Source of the DNA: an uncultured Nannocystaceae bacterium
GTDB taxonomy: Bacteria > Myxococcota_A > Bradymonadia > UBA7976 > UBA1532
Direction: 5' to 3'
Length of the DNA: 64,000 bases
Assembly (NCBI GenBank): GCA_964402225.1
Contig: CAYOBQ010000008.1
Coordinates: 4,293-68,292, forward strand
The notes beneath the pieces are model-generated. The model was given only the letters and a program-made list of their open reading frames with translations. It ran no database searches and was not told the DNA's origin. The position numbers were made by a program, and so were the translations under genes. Positions 1 to 9,660 of the stretch are shown piece after piece; position 1 is the stretch's first letter; every line of letters starts with the position of its first letter.

Positions 1-1234
1 CGAAGAACGTCAGGTAGCCCGCGGCCCGTCCGTGATCCTGGTTGTAGACCTGGCCCCAGCCCGGCAGCGCCGCCGAGCGCCACGCGGCCCCCACCTTGGA
101 CTGCTCGGTGGACGCCTCGGCGCGGAGCCCGAAGAGGGCGTGGTGGGTGAAGGGCTGCTCGAGCTGACCGAGCTCCTGCCCCGACGCCGCGTCCAGCATG
201 CGGACCCGCACGTCGATCGTCTGCTCGGTCCCGCTCACGCTGCCGAGCACCAGCGTATCGGCGCCGAGCAGCAGCCCGACGGCGCGGGCCTCCTCGGGCG
301 ACAGCGTGTTGCGCCCATCGAGGGCGCCGCCCACGACCTCGAGCAGGTCCTCGCGCTCGACCTGGAGGAGCTGGGGTTGCAGCTCGAGCCGCTTGGAGAG
401 CAGCTCTGCGCTCATCGCGCCCATCGCCGCCGTGCGCAGCCAGTTGTCGGCATCGTCAAAGGGCAGGACCGCCACCCGCGGCACCTCGCGGGTCGCCCCG
501 AGGCGCCCACGGATCCGCTTCGCCAGACCGCTCATCCCACCCAGCGCGTCGTCGGTGACCGGCGGCGGCGGCTCCATCGGCGGGACCAGCTCTTCGGGCT
601 CCAGGGGCGACTCGATGATCGGCTCGAGAACGATCTCCTCGGGCGCCGGCTCCTCGACTGGCTCCTCAGCGGCGGGCTCCTCGACCGGCTCCTCGGCGAC
701 GGGCTCCTCGGCCGGCGGCTCCTCCACCGGATCGACCTCGTCGGCCACCACCTCTTCGGGTGCCTCCGCGTCCACCTCCTCCGCGGCGGGTACCGGGAGC
801 GGTGCTGCGACCCACGCCTGGGCGATCTTCGGGTTGCGTGGCACCTCGACGAGCAGGTTGCCGCCCAGCGACGAGACCCGAACGCCGCTCTCGACGGCCT
901 TGGGGATCCGACGCCTCATCCGAACCCGGAGGATCGCCCCCTCGGGTGGGTCCTTCGCCGGATGCAAGAGGACTCGCGAGAACCCGCGGTCGCGCAGCTT
1001 CAACCAGGTCCGCGTCGTCGTGAACCCGTTGACCCGAACGACCAGGACCCGCCGCTTGCCGGTGACCACGACCTGCACTCGGTCGGCGGAGATCGGCGCG
1101 GAGCCCTCGACGCTGAAGGCGATCGCGTCGGCGCGGGGGTCGAGCCGAACGCGCGAGATACTCCCGTCGGCGGCGTGGGCCCCGCAGGTACCCAGACAAA
1201 GCCACATCGCCGCGGCTATTTGACCCTTTCGCAT
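1..1234 (-). CDS. Exported protein, 3'-partial (runs off window start). N-terminal signal peptide, AMIN-like beta-sandwich, acidic Pro/Glu-rich (EEPV)n linker, C-terminal VAVLPFDD... domain
   Basis: Reverse-strand translation from ATG at 1234..1232 gives MRKGQIAAAMWLCLGTCGAHAADG (signal peptide), then RVRLDPRADAIAFSVEGS...VVVTGKRRVLVVRVNG (AMIN-like pattern). The repeated EEPVAEEPVEEPAAEEP linker was verified by hand translation of 680-900; the frame was also verified at the window edge (WGQVYNQDHGRAAGYLTFF). Forward ORFs 32..1624 and 198..1223 are Ser/Thr/Arg-rich antisense artefacts. Confidence 0.5.
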   Translation of the reverse strand, partial: MRKGQIAAAMWLCLGTCGAHAADGSISRVRLDPRADAIAFSVEGSAPISADRVQVVVTGKRRVLVVRVNGFTTTRTWLKLRDRGFSRVLLHPAKDPPEGAILRVRMRRRIPKAVESGVRVSSLGGNLLVEVPRNPKIAQAWVAAPLPVPAAEEVDAEAPEEVVADEVDPVEEPPAEEPVAEEPVEEPAAEEPVEEPAPEEIVLEPIIESPLEPEELVPPMEPPPPVTDDALGGMSGLAKRIRGRLGATREVPRVAVLPFDDADNWLRTAAMGAMSAELLSKRLELQPQLLQVEREDLLEVVGGALDGRNTLSPEEARAVGLLLGADTLVLGSVSGTEQTIDVRVRMLDAASGQELGQLEQPFTHHALFGLRAEASTEQSKVGAAWRSAALPGWGQVYNQDHGRAAGYLTFF

Positions 1235-1292
1235 CTACGCAACCTCGCTGTCTTCTCCGCCAGCCTCGGTCGCGTCCGAGAAAAAGTCAAAG

Positions 1293-1712
1293 TCACCAAA
1301 CTGCCGGTTCTGACAGGAGATTCTCGCGCGCCGTGCTTATGGTGCGGACCCGCGGGGGCACGTAGCCGGGGTCGCCGAGGGTGGTCAGCATCGCCTCCAT
1401 CAGCTCCGCGCGCGTCGCCCACGCCGGCACCACCGCGTCGGCCGCCTCCCCCTGCGAGCGATCGGTGGCGAGCAGCATCGTCTTGGCGTCGGGGCAGACC
1501 TCCTGCGTCTGCTCGATCAACGCCTCGCCGCCACCGTCGCGCAGCCACGCCTCGGCCACCACGCCGCGCCACACACGCGCCTCCAGCAGCGCTCGCGCGT
1601 TGCGCGCGTCGTGCACCGTCGTGACGTCGTACCCCGTCGCGTCCCCGATCCAGCCGGCGATGTCCGTCGTACGCCTGCTCTCGGTCATCACCAGCATCAG
1701 TCGATGTGCCAT
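1293..1712 (-). CDS. Receiver (CheY-like) domain protein, probably a pseudo-receiver lacking the canonical acidic pocket
   Basis: 139-aa ORF with MLVMTE...DATGYDVTTVHDARNARALLE...DAKTMLLATDRS...AWATRAELMEAML layout, typical of REC domains. Composition is non-repetitive. Confidence 0.45.
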   Translation of the reverse strand: MAHRLMLVMTESRRTTDIAGWIGDATGYDVTTVHDARNARALLEARVWRGVVAEAWLRDGGGEALIEQTQEVCPDAKTMLLATDRSQGEAADAVVPAWATRAELMEAMLTTLGDPGYVPPRVRTISTARENLLSEPAVW

Positions 1713-1817
1713 CGTCGAACCTCCGACGAGGCTGCGTCAGCAACCGGCGGGCCAGCCCCCGTTTGCCCCCACGCCAGGGGCAACGGACGCAGCGACCGTC
1801 AACGCTCTGACGAAGCG

Positions 1818-2249
1818 TCAGCGCTCCGGCGCGCAGTGGTACTCGGCGCGGCGGTAGTGGTCGTGGGCGACCCGCCCGAGCAGGAACGAGCGCGCCTGAC
1901 CCGCCGGCAGCCCGAACTGGTAGACCGCGCCGGGGTCATCGGGGTCGCAGAGCACGAAGTACATCGCCTGCACGCCATCATCGAGCCAGCTACACAGGTG
2001 CTCGCCCCACTGCGCCTTGTACTCCGCCACGGTGGTGACCAGATCCGGCGCCAGCGCCTCGTAGGGCGCCCGCGCCTTCTCGCAGCACATCACCACCGGA
2101 CCGCACGAGCTGTGGTCGGTGGTCTCGCCGTGCTTGTGGATGTAGACCGCGGTCCGCCCCTCGTCGTCGAAGGGCACGTACCACGCCTGCGGAGCCGGGC
2201 CCCTTCGCCGCTTCGCCCCGCGCTTCACCTTCTTGATGCGTTTCACCAT
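1818..2249 (-). CDS. Hypothetical protein (143 aa), Lys/Arg-rich N-terminus
   Basis: Non-repetitive ORF lying 10 nt downstream of the TSP3 gene stop on the same strand. No recognisable motif. Confidence 0.4.
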   Translation of the reverse strand: MVKRIKKVKRGAKRRRGPAPQAWYVPFDDEGRTAVYIHKHGETTDHSSCGPVVMCCEKARAPYEALAPDLVTTVAEYKAQWGEHLCSWLDDGVQAMYFVLCDPDDPGAVYQFGLPAGQARSFLLGRVAHDHYRRAEYHCAPER

Positions 2250-2258
2250 GGGCCGACG

Positions 2259-5200
2259 CTACCGCAGCCGCCGCCTCACCACCACGAGCAGCCACCACCA
2301 CAGCCCCGCGGCCCCGGTGGTCGAGCAATCCTGGCTGGTGATCCGGACCTTCCCCACCTCGGGCCCCGCGTCCCCCGGCTCGCCGCCCGCCCCCGCCTCC
2401 GGCCCCGCGTCGGCCACCTCCATCGCCGGCACGCAGGTCGTCGGCTCCACCTCGAGGTCACACCTGAAGCCATCCTCCAGGACGCACCGAGAGGAGCACC
2501 CATCGCGCGACGCCAGGTTCCCGTCGTCACACACCTCCTCCGGCCCCACCTGCCCGTCCCCGCAGAACGGCCCCGGCGGCGCGCAGGCGTCTCCCACGCC
2601 GTCGCCATCGGAGTCGACCTGCTCGGGATCGGCCACCACCCGGCAGTCGTCCTCCCCATCGCCCACCCCGTCCCCGTCGCTGTCCCTATCGCGATAGTCC
2701 GCCGCGCCGTCGTCGTCGGTGTCCACCGCCACCGTCTCGGGATCCTCGTCCCCGGCCTCCTCCGCGTCCCCGACCCCGTCGTCGTCGCTGTCCACGTCGC
2801 GGAAGTCCGGCGTCCCGTCGTCGTCACTGTCCACCGGCGCCGTCGCCGGATCGTCATCCCCCGCCTCCTCCGCGTCCGAGATCCCGTCGTCGTCGCTGTC
2901 GGCGTCGAGCCCATCCACCACCCCGTCCCCGTCGCTGTCCACCGGCCCCTCCGCCTCCCCCGCCTCGTCTCGGTCCGACAGCGTGTCGCCGTCCGAGTCC
3001 AGCGCCCTCGGATCGAGCCCCAGCGCCTCCTCGCCCGCGTCGGTGAGCCCATCCCCGTCCGCGTCCGCGTCGCAGGCATCCCCCGCCCCGTCCCCATCCA
3101 GATCCGCCTGCTCCGCGTCCGCCACCAGCGGGCACCCGTCCTCGACATCGGGCACCCCGTCGTCGTCGTCGTCCTCATCGCACACATCCCCCGCCCCGTC
3201 CCCGTCCGCGTCGGCCTGCACGTTGGCGATCACTCGACAGTCGTCGACCGCGTCCGGGACGCCATCCCCGTCGCTGTCCTCGTCGAGGGCGTCGATCACG
3301 TCGTCCCCGTCGGTGTCCACCGCCCCCTCGACGGCGTCGCCGTATCCATCCCCATCGCTGTCCTCGTCGAGGGCGTCGATCACCCCATCACCGTCGGAGT
3401 CACGCCCCTCGGCCGCCCCCTCGAACCCATCGCTGAACCCGTCCGAGTCGCTGTCCGCCGACGCCGGGTTCAGCCCCAACTCAACCTCCCGCGCGTCACC
3501 GATCCCGTCCCCATCACGGTCGTCGTCGCACGCATCACCGGCGCCATCCCCGTCCAGATCGGGCTGCGCCGGATCCGCCACGACCCGACACCCGTCGACG
3601 GCGTCCGCCACCCCATCCCCGTCGCTGTCGAGGTCCCGGAAGTCCGCCACCCCGTCGTCGTCGCTGTCGATGCCCGTCTCCGCCGCGTCGGTGTGCCCGT
3701 CCCCGTCGCTGTCGTCGTCGAGGGCGTCTATGACCCCATCGTCGTCCACGTCCGAGGGCCTCCGCGGATCCCCGACCTCGATCGCGTCGCCGATCCCGTC
3801 CCCGTCGCTGTCCCCCGCCGCCGGGTTCAACCCCAGCGCCACCTCGACGACATCGGTGACCCCGTCCCCATCGCGGTCACCCGTGCACCGGTCGCCGACG
3901 CCGTCCGCGTCGAGATCAGCCTGCGCCGGGTTCACCGCCAGCCGGCAGTTGTCGTCCCCATCGAGCACCCCGTCGCCGTCGCTATCGGGATCGCGGAAGT
4001 CCGCCACCCCGTCGCCGTCGGTGTCCGCCGGCGGCGTCTCGAGCGCCGCGTCCCCCGCCTCGTCCACATCCGGCACCCCGTCTCCGTCGCTGTCGCCGTC
4101 GAGGGCGTCGAAGGCGCCGTCCCGATCGGTGTCCGCGGGCGCCGCCCCGTCGCCGTACTCGTCCCCATCGTCGATCCGGTCCCCATCGCTATCCGACCGC
4201 CCCGCGTTGAGCCCAAAGCGAAGCTCCAGCCCATCCGGCGCCCCGTCCCCGTCGAGATCGACCTCACACGAATCACCCACCCCGTTCCGGTCCGCGTCCC
4301 CCTGGTCGGCGTTGCGCAACAGCCGGCAGTTGTCGACCGCGTCGGGCACCCCGTCGTCGTCGCTGTCGAGGTCTCGGAAATCCGGCCGCCGATCCCCATC
4401 CGCGTCCAGCGCCGGCGTCCGCACGTCACCATCCCCGGCCTCCACGAAGTCCGGCACCCCATCCCCATCGCTGTCGTTATCGAGGGCGTCGATCACCCCG
4501 TCCCCGTCGGTGTCCGTCTCCCCCCCCCAGTCGGTCTCGACCCCGTCGTGGAGGTCGTCCCCGTCGCTGTCGATGGCCAACGGATCGAGCCCCAGCCCGC
4601 GCTCGGCGGCGTCGACGAGCCCATCGCCGTCGTTGTCGCGCCCGGGGCCATCGGCGTCGTCGCGGTCACGCCAATCGGGGATCCCGTCCCCGTCGGCGTC
4701 GCCGCGCCCCTCCTCGGAATCGGGCAGCCCATCCCCGTCGCTGTCGGCATCCAGCGCGTCGATCGCGCCATCCCCATCGCTGTCGACGGCGAGCCCCCCG
4801 TCGCTCTCGACCCCATCGTCGATCCCGTCCCCATCGCTGTCGGCCCGCGTCGGATCGGTCCCCAACTCAGCCTCCTGCGCGTCGGTGAGGCCGTCGCGAT
4901 CCAGATCGGCCTCGGCGCCCGCGTCCAGGTAGTTCGGGAGCCCGTCGCCGTCGTCGTCCCCGAGCCCCTCGTCGGCGTCGTCGAGCCGATCCCCGTCGCT
5001 GTCCCGATCGCGCCACGCCGGCCGGCCGTCGTCGTCGAGATCGGCCCCGAAGCGCTCGGCGTCGGCGCGCTCCCGGAGGGTCGGGATGCCATCGCCATCG
5101 TCGTCGGCGTCGCGGTAGTCGCCGACGCCGTCCTCGTCGAAGTCGCCGGCCCCCTCCACCGCGTCGGCGATCCCATCGTCGTCGCTGTCGGTGTCGAGGG

Positions 5201-6521
5201 CGTCGATCCGGCCGTCGCCGTCGGTGTCGCCCGGCGCCTCGAAGCCGTCGTCGAGGCCGTCGCCGTCGCTGTCGCGGCGGGCGGGATCGGTCCCCGTCTC
5301 GCAGCGCTCCACGCCGTCGCTCAGCCCGTCGCCGTCGGCGTCTCCGTCGGGTGTCAGGCGCAGGACGAAGAACGGGCTGCGCACGCGGCGCAGCGCGACG
5401 GTGGTGACCATGAGCCCCTCGTTCCCCTTGCCGGCGTTGTCGAAGGCGCCCCATGCGCGGGCGTTCTGGTTCGGCGCCGCGGCGACGTCTGGGGGACCCG
5501 AGGGCAGCCCGTCGCGGGGGGACCGCGCGCGACCGATCTGGCCGTCGGGCATGGGTCGGGCCTCGCCCTGTAGCGGCGTGTCGTCCCAGAACATCGGCAG
5601 CGGTGCGCGGGCCCCGTTGGCGTCGATGCGGAAGGCGCGCAGCCCCGGGAAGAGCGTCTCGACATCTTCGGCCACGAAGGAGACGCCGCCCACGTCGTGG
5701 ATGACCTGGCAGATGGGCTCGCCGGCGGGCAGCGCCCCGGGCCAGGGGACGCGGTGCACGCCGACGTCGGCGGCCCCCCAGAAGACGAAGTCGGCGGCGG
5801 GATCGATGCGCTCGTCACCGTCCACATCGCAGGCGACGACGTAGCCGCCGGCGGCGTCGACGGTGAAGACGAACTCGCCCTCGCGGGCGCCCGCGCAGTC
5901 CGCGGCGGGGACGAAGGCCGCGTCCCGGACCTCGGCCTCGGGAGCGGCCCCCGAAGGTCCCGGCGGGCGAAGATAGAGATCGAGGTCCGGCGCGGGGGCG
6001 AACGCGCCGACCGGGAGGGAGCGCGGCGAGCCGGAGGGGGCGGCGGCGACGTAAAACGCCCCCCCGGCGAGCCCGGCGAAGCGCAGCTCGATGACCGCCT
6101 CGGCCTCGTCGTCGAGGGGCCGGCGCGCGTAGAAGCTCGCCGAGATCGCGGCGTCGACGCCGAAGCCCTCGGCGCCGATGAACCACTGACGGCTGTGCAC
6201 CCGCCCGCTGGTGTCGATGGCGCCTGCGACGCGTAGATCCCACGGGCCCACCTGCGCCGCCGTGAGGTGCGCGGTGTAGGTGCCGGCGGTCGGGGGGACG
6301 AGCCGGTCGCCGGGCTCGAGGGGGCCTGCGGGCTGGCCTTCGGGATCGAGCAGCTCCAGGGTGCCGACGCCGCGCCAGGCGATGCGCTCGACCGCCGGAT
6401 CGAGCACATCGACGGAGATCCGGGTGGCCTGGAGGAGCCGAATGTTGTCGCCGATCTGGGCGCTCCCGTCGGCGAGGGCCGCGCCGGACGAGAGCGTCAG
6501 GAAGAAGAGGAGCCGCCGCAC
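2259..6521 (-). CDS. Giant secreted thrombospondin type-3 (TSP3) repeat protein. Signal peptide, about 400-aa N-terminal domain, dozens of Ca-binding DxDxDGxxDxxD repeats, a myxococcal Cys-rich repeat, and a MYXO-CTERM-like tail
   Basis: 1420-aa ORF. MRRLLFFLTLSSGAALA signal. Pervasive DSDGDGVPD/DTDGDGV/DNCRLxxNxxQxDxDxDGxGD motifs. CGDGQVGPEEVCDDGNLASRDGCSSRCVLEDGFRC near the C-terminus. Ends ...CSTTGAAGLWWWLLVVVRRRLR (Cys, Gly-rich stretch, hydrophobic helix, Arg cluster). The overlapping + ORFs 1611..5573 and 2719..4932 are Ser/Pro-rich antisense artefacts. Confidence 0.85.
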   Translation of the reverse strand: MRRLLFFLTLSSGAALADGSAQIGDNIRLLQATRISVDVLDPAVERIAWRGVGTLELLDPEGQPAGPLEPGDRLVPPTAGTYTAHLTAAQVGPWDLRVAGAIDTSGRVHSRQWFIGAEGFGVDAAISASFYARRPLDDEAEAVIELRFAGLAGGAFYVAAAPSGSPRSLPVGAFAPAPDLDLYLRPPGPSGAAPEAEVRDAAFVPAADCAGAREGEFVFTVDAAGGYVVACDVDGDERIDPAADFVFWGAADVGVHRVPWPGALPAGEPICQVIHDVGGVSFVAEDVETLFPGLRAFRIDANGARAPLPMFWDDTPLQGEARPMPDGQIGRARSPRDGLPSGPPDVAAAPNQNARAWGAFDNAGKGNEGLMVTTVALRRVRSPFFVLRLTPDGDADGDGLSDGVERCETGTDPARRDSDGDGLDDGFEAPGDTDGDGRIDALDTDSDDDGIADAVEGAGDFDEDGVGDYRDADDDGDGIPTLRERADAERFGADLDDDGRPAWRDRDSDGDRLDDADEGLGDDDGDGLPNYLDAGAEADLDRDGLTDAQEAELGTDPTRADSDGDGIDDGVESDGGLAVDSDGDGAIDALDADSDGDGLPDSEEGRGDADGDGIPDWRDRDDADGPGRDNDGDGLVDAAERGLGLDPLAIDSDGDDLHDGVETDWGGETDTDGDGVIDALDNDSDGDGVPDFVEAGDGDVRTPALDADGDRRPDFRDLDSDDDGVPDAVDNCRLLRNADQGDADRNGVGDSCEVDLDGDGAPDGLELRFGLNAGRSDSDGDRIDDGDEYGDGAAPADTDRDGAFDALDGDSDGDGVPDVDEAGDAALETPPADTDGDGVADFRDPDSDGDGVLDGDDNCRLAVNPAQADLDADGVGDRCTGDRDGDGVTDVVEVALGLNPAAGDSDGDGIGDAIEVGDPRRPSDVDDDGVIDALDDDSDGDGHTDAAETGIDSDDDGVADFRDLDSDGDGVADAVDGCRVVADPAQPDLDGDGAGDACDDDRDGDGIGDAREVELGLNPASADSDSDGFSDGFEGAAEGRDSDGDGVIDALDEDSDGDGYGDAVEGAVDTDGDDVIDALDEDSDGDGVPDAVDDCRVIANVQADADGDGAGDVCDEDDDDDGVPDVEDGCPLVADAEQADLDGDGAGDACDADADGDGLTDAGEEALGLDPRALDSDGDTLSDRDEAGEAEGPVDSDGDGVVDGLDADSDDDGISDAEEAGDDDPATAPVDSDDDGTPDFRDVDSDDDGVGDAEEAGDEDPETVAVDTDDDGAADYRDRDSDGDGVGDGEDDCRVVADPEQVDSDGDGVGDACAPPGPFCGDGQVGPEEVCDDGNLASRDGCSSRCVLEDGFRCDLEVEPTTCVPAMEVADAGPEAGAGGEPGDAGPEVGKVRITSQDCSTTGAAGLWWWLLVVVRRRLR

Positions 6522-6595
6522 GGTGCGCAGATGGTGTCATACCGGGGCGATTCGGTGCATTAATATGGCCGAGCTTTCCCCTTCATCGACGCGGC

Positions 6596-7276
6596 GTGCC
6601 GATCTACCTGCTCAGCGAGGACATCCAGTTCCCGGACCCGTCGAAGGCCGACGAGTCCGGCATCCTCGCGGTCGGCGGCGACCTGTCCGTGCCGCGCCTG
6701 CTCATGGCCTACTCCCTGGGCATCTTCCCCTGGTACGACGAGCGGACGGCGCCGATCCTCTGGCACTCGCCGCCGTGGCGGATGGTGCTGTGGCCCCCCG
6801 AGCTGCACGTGGGCCGGTCGCTGCGCAAGGCCCTCCGCCGAGAGCGCTTCGAGGTCCGCTACGACACCGCGTTCGCCGAGGTGCTGCGTCAATGCGCCTC
6901 CTCGGCGCGCCCGGGGCAAGTCGGGACCTGGCTCAACGAGGACATGCAGCGGTCATATGGGGAGCTCCACGCGCGAGGGCACGCCCACAGCGCCGAGGCC
7001 TGGCGCGAAGGTCGCCTCGTCGGCGGGCTCTACGGCATCGTGATGGGGTCCGCGTTCTTCGGCGAGTCGATGTTCGCGCTGGAGACGGACGCCTCGAAGG
7101 TCGCCTTCGTGCACCTGGTTCGGCGCCTCGAGGTGCTGGGCTACACGCTCATCGACTGCCAGGTCTACACCGAACACCTGGCGAGCTTCGGGGCGGAGGA
7201 GATCCCGCGGCGGGAGTTCCTGGCCGCGCTGGGGAGGGCGCTGCCGAACAGGCCGCGGGCGGTGTGGCCCAAGTAG
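6596..7276 (+). CDS. aat: Leucyl/phenylalanyl-tRNA--protein transferase
   Basis: 226 aa with GILAVGGDLSVPRLLMAYSLGIFPWYDE...PILWHSPP...GESMFA. This is the characteristic L/F-transferase signature. Confidence 0.9.
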   Translation: MPIYLLSEDIQFPDPSKADESGILAVGGDLSVPRLLMAYSLGIFPWYDERTAPILWHSPPWRMVLWPPELHVGRSLRKALRRERFEVRYDTAFAEVLRQCASSARPGQVGTWLNEDMQRSYGELHARGHAHSAEAWREGRLVGGLYGIVMGSAFFGESMFALETDASKVAFVHLVRRLEVLGYTLIDCQVYTEHLASFGAEEIPRREFLAALGRALPNRPRAVWPK

Positions 7277-7279
7277 GCC

Positions 7280-8098
7280 CTACTCGAGCTCCCGCAGACG
7301 AGCCTCGAGCTCCGCCACACGAGCCTCCGCCGCCTCGCGGGCTTGCTGCTCGGCCTCGCGGGCTTGCTGCTCGGCCTCGCGGGCTCGCTGCTCAGCGACA
7401 CGGGCCGCCTCAGCCACCTCGAGACGTTGGTGCAGGGTCTCGACGACGCCGTTGAGCCGACCCATGAGTTCGCGCGTGAGCGGGACCGGCATTCCGTCCG
7501 CGTAGAAGCGGAGCCCTCCATCCAGCGTAGCCAGCTCGCAGCCGAGGACCTCCGAGCGATACATCCCGCGCTGCGCGAGGATCGGCGTGTAGACCCGCGC
7601 GTCGGGCGTGGCCAGGCGGAAGCCGTGGATATGCTGGGACTTCGGCTGGTACACGAAGTACTCGGAGACGCCGAGCTCGGCGTAGAGCCGGACGTTGCGG
7701 CCGAGATCCTTCTCGCGGTCGCCGCTGAACAACACCTCGAGCGCGAAGTCGAGGCCCCGCCCCTCGTGGCTGACGACCCATTTCTGGCGTTGATGGGGTT
7801 CGACATCGAGGACGACGAAGACGTCTGGGGCGAAGCGTTGTGAGTTCGGGTAGTAGACGAGGAGGTCGACGCCGACGTACGCCGTGCATCGGCGTCGACC
7901 GAAGTAACCGCCGAGGGCGTCCTCGACATCGCGGATCGGCAACCGATGCCCGTCGCCCTCGGGCATCGTCAGCTCGGCGTCGGTCATCGTGCAAGGGAGG
8001 GCGTCCACGATACGGAGTCGCTCCTCCGGGCTCATGGCGTCCCATTCAGCCTGGCTCGGGGCGCGAGGGAGGTCTTCCAACACTTCGACGTTACGCAT
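7280..8098 (-). CDS. Uma2-family (DUF820, PD-(D/E)XK-like) endonuclease with C-terminal coiled-coil
   Basis: 272 aa. YFVYQPKSQ...RLYAELGVSEYF...VDLLVYYP core typical of Uma2. Tail is AEQRAREAEQQAREAEQQAREAAE. Confidence 0.75.
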   Translation of the reverse strand: MRNVEVLEDLPRAPSQAEWDAMSPEERLRIVDALPCTMTDAELTMPEGDGHRLPIRDVEDALGGYFGRRRCTAYVGVDLLVYYPNSQRFAPDVFVVLDVEPHQRQKWVVSHEGRGLDFALEVLFSGDREKDLGRNVRLYAELGVSEYFVYQPKSQHIHGFRLATPDARVYTPILAQRGMYRSEVLGCELATLDGGLRFYADGMPVPLTRELMGRLNGVVETLHQRLEVAEAARVAEQRAREAEQQAREAEQQAREAAEARVAELEARLRELE

Positions 8099-8180
8099 GG
8101 CGTCATCCTCCCCGACGCCCCCGCCGAGGTCAAACGCGTGGGACTTTGGCGTGGGGCCCCGGGTGTGCGAGCCTCACGGA

Positions 8181-9653
8181 ATGCGTTGCCTCTACATCCC
8201 AGTCCTCGCGGCGCTCGCGATGCCGGCGCTCGCCCAGGACTTCCAGAACTTCAAGCCCGCCCCCGGGACGCGAAACTACTTCACGGTCGACGGCGCCGAG
8301 CCAACGCCCGCGTGGAACTTCGTGCCCTCGATCTACTTCAACTACGCGATGAACCCGCTGGTCCGGCGCGACGGGAACGGCGAGATCACCGAGGAGATCG
8401 TCTCCGACCTGCTCTCGTTCAACGCCCTGGGGGCCCTCGGCTTCCCCTACGACCTCGAGTTGGGCGTCGACATCCCGTTGGGTCACGCCAGCGGGGACGA
8501 CATCCAGACGTTGGGCGATCCCGGGTTCGCGCTGGGCGACATCCGGCTGCTGCCCAAGTGGCGCCTGTCGCCGGCCGACGAGGCCGCTGGCGTGAGCGTG
8601 GTGGTGGCCGTCGTGCTGCCCACCGCCACCGGCGGTGACGGTCAGGGCGCCTCCTCGATCGTCGCCGAGCCCAAGGTCGTAGCTGACGTCGCCTTCCCCT
8701 TCCTCTCCCTCGCGGCCAACGCCGGGTTCCGCTACCGACCCGGCGCCGAGACCGTCGAGGACCTCTCCTTCGGGAGCGAGTTCACCTACGGCGCCGCCGT
8801 CGGCGTCCCCCTGGGCACCCCCGAGTGGGTCGGCCTCGCGGAGCTGCTCGGCTCGGCGCCGGTGATCGAGTCCAAGGGCGCCTCCGAACCCCTCGAGGGC
8901 CACTTCGGCGTGCGCTGGTTCGCGCCGGCCGGGCCCGTCTTCACCCTCGGCGCCGGCCGCGGCTTCGTCGCCGGACGCGGCTCACCGGACGTCCGCGTCT
9001 CCCTGGGCGTCGCCTGGGATCCGCGCCCCGAGCCTGCGCCCACCCCGGTCCCCGCCGTGGCGCCGCAGGACACCGACGGAGACGGGCTCCTCGATCCCGA
9101 CGACCAATGCCCCCGAGATCCCGAGGATCGCGACGGCTTCGAGGACGATGACGGCTGCCCTGATCCCGACAACGACCAGGACGGGCTCCTCGACGGCGCC
9201 GACAACTGCCCCCTTGAGCCGGAGGACAAAGACGGCTTCGAGGACACCGACGGCTGCCCCGACAAGGGGGAGCAGGCCAAGATCGTGGTCACGCTGCAGA
9301 AGGTGGAGATCCTCGAGAAGGTCTACTTCGAGCTGGACCGGGCGCGCATCAAGAAGGAGAGCTACGGCGTCCTCAACCAGGTCGCCGCCGTCCTCAAGTC
9401 GAACACGCAGATCAAGCTGCTGCGCATCGAGGGCCACACCGACCGACACGGCAGCGCGGCCTACAACGACCGGCTCTCTGGGATGCGCGCCCGCGCGGTG
9501 CTGATGTACCTCGTCAAGAGGGGCATCGACGCGACCCGGCTCACTTCCCAGGGCTTCGGCTTCAGCACCCCGCTCCGCACCGAGGAGACCGAGGAGGCCG
9601 ACGCCGTCAACCGGCGCGTCGAGTTCGTCATCGTCGAGCAAGGCAAGCCGTAG
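8181..9653 (+). CDS. OmpA-family outer-membrane protein with N-terminal beta-barrel-like domain, TSP3 repeats and C-terminal OmpA peptidoglycan-binding domain
   Basis: Start chosen at MRCLYIPVLAALAMPALAQD (signal peptide) inside ORF 7989..9653. DTDGDGLLDPDDQCP.DPEDRDGFEDDDGCPDPDNDQDG TSP3 motifs. C-terminus NQVAAVLKSNTQIKLLRIEGHTDRHGSAAYNDRLSGMRARAV..YLVKRG matches the OmpA-like domain. Confidence 0.85.
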   Translation: MRCLYIPVLAALAMPALAQDFQNFKPAPGTRNYFTVDGAEPTPAWNFVPSIYFNYAMNPLVRRDGNGEITEEIVSDLLSFNALGALGFPYDLELGVDIPLGHASGDDIQTLGDPGFALGDIRLLPKWRLSPADEAAGVSVVVAVVLPTATGGDGQGASSIVAEPKVVADVAFPFLSLAANAGFRYRPGAETVEDLSFGSEFTYGAAVGVPLGTPEWVGLAELLGSAPVIESKGASEPLEGHFGVRWFAPAGPVFTLGAGRGFVAGRGSPDVRVSLGVAWDPRPEPAPTPVPAVAPQDTDGDGLLDPDDQCPRDPEDRDGFEDDDGCPDPDNDQDGLLDGADNCPLEPEDKDGFEDTDGCPDKGEQAKIVVTLQKVEILEKVYFELDRARIKKESYGVLNQVAAVLKSNTQIKLLRIEGHTDRHGSAAYNDRLSGMRARAVLMYLVKRGIDATRLTSQGFGFSTPLRTEETEEADAVNRRVEFVIVEQGKP

Positions 9654-9660
9654 GACGTCT

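Noticed and set aside
1611-5573. 1320-aa + ORF, plus ORFs 2719..4932 + and 2276..3187 -, overlapping the TSP3 gene
   Set aside because: Ser/Pro/Arg-rich low-complexity translations with no signal peptide or motifs. They are antisense or off-frame reads of the Asp-rich TSP3 repeats (GAC/GAT codons), and the minus-strand 2259..6521 frame carries the recognisable family signature.
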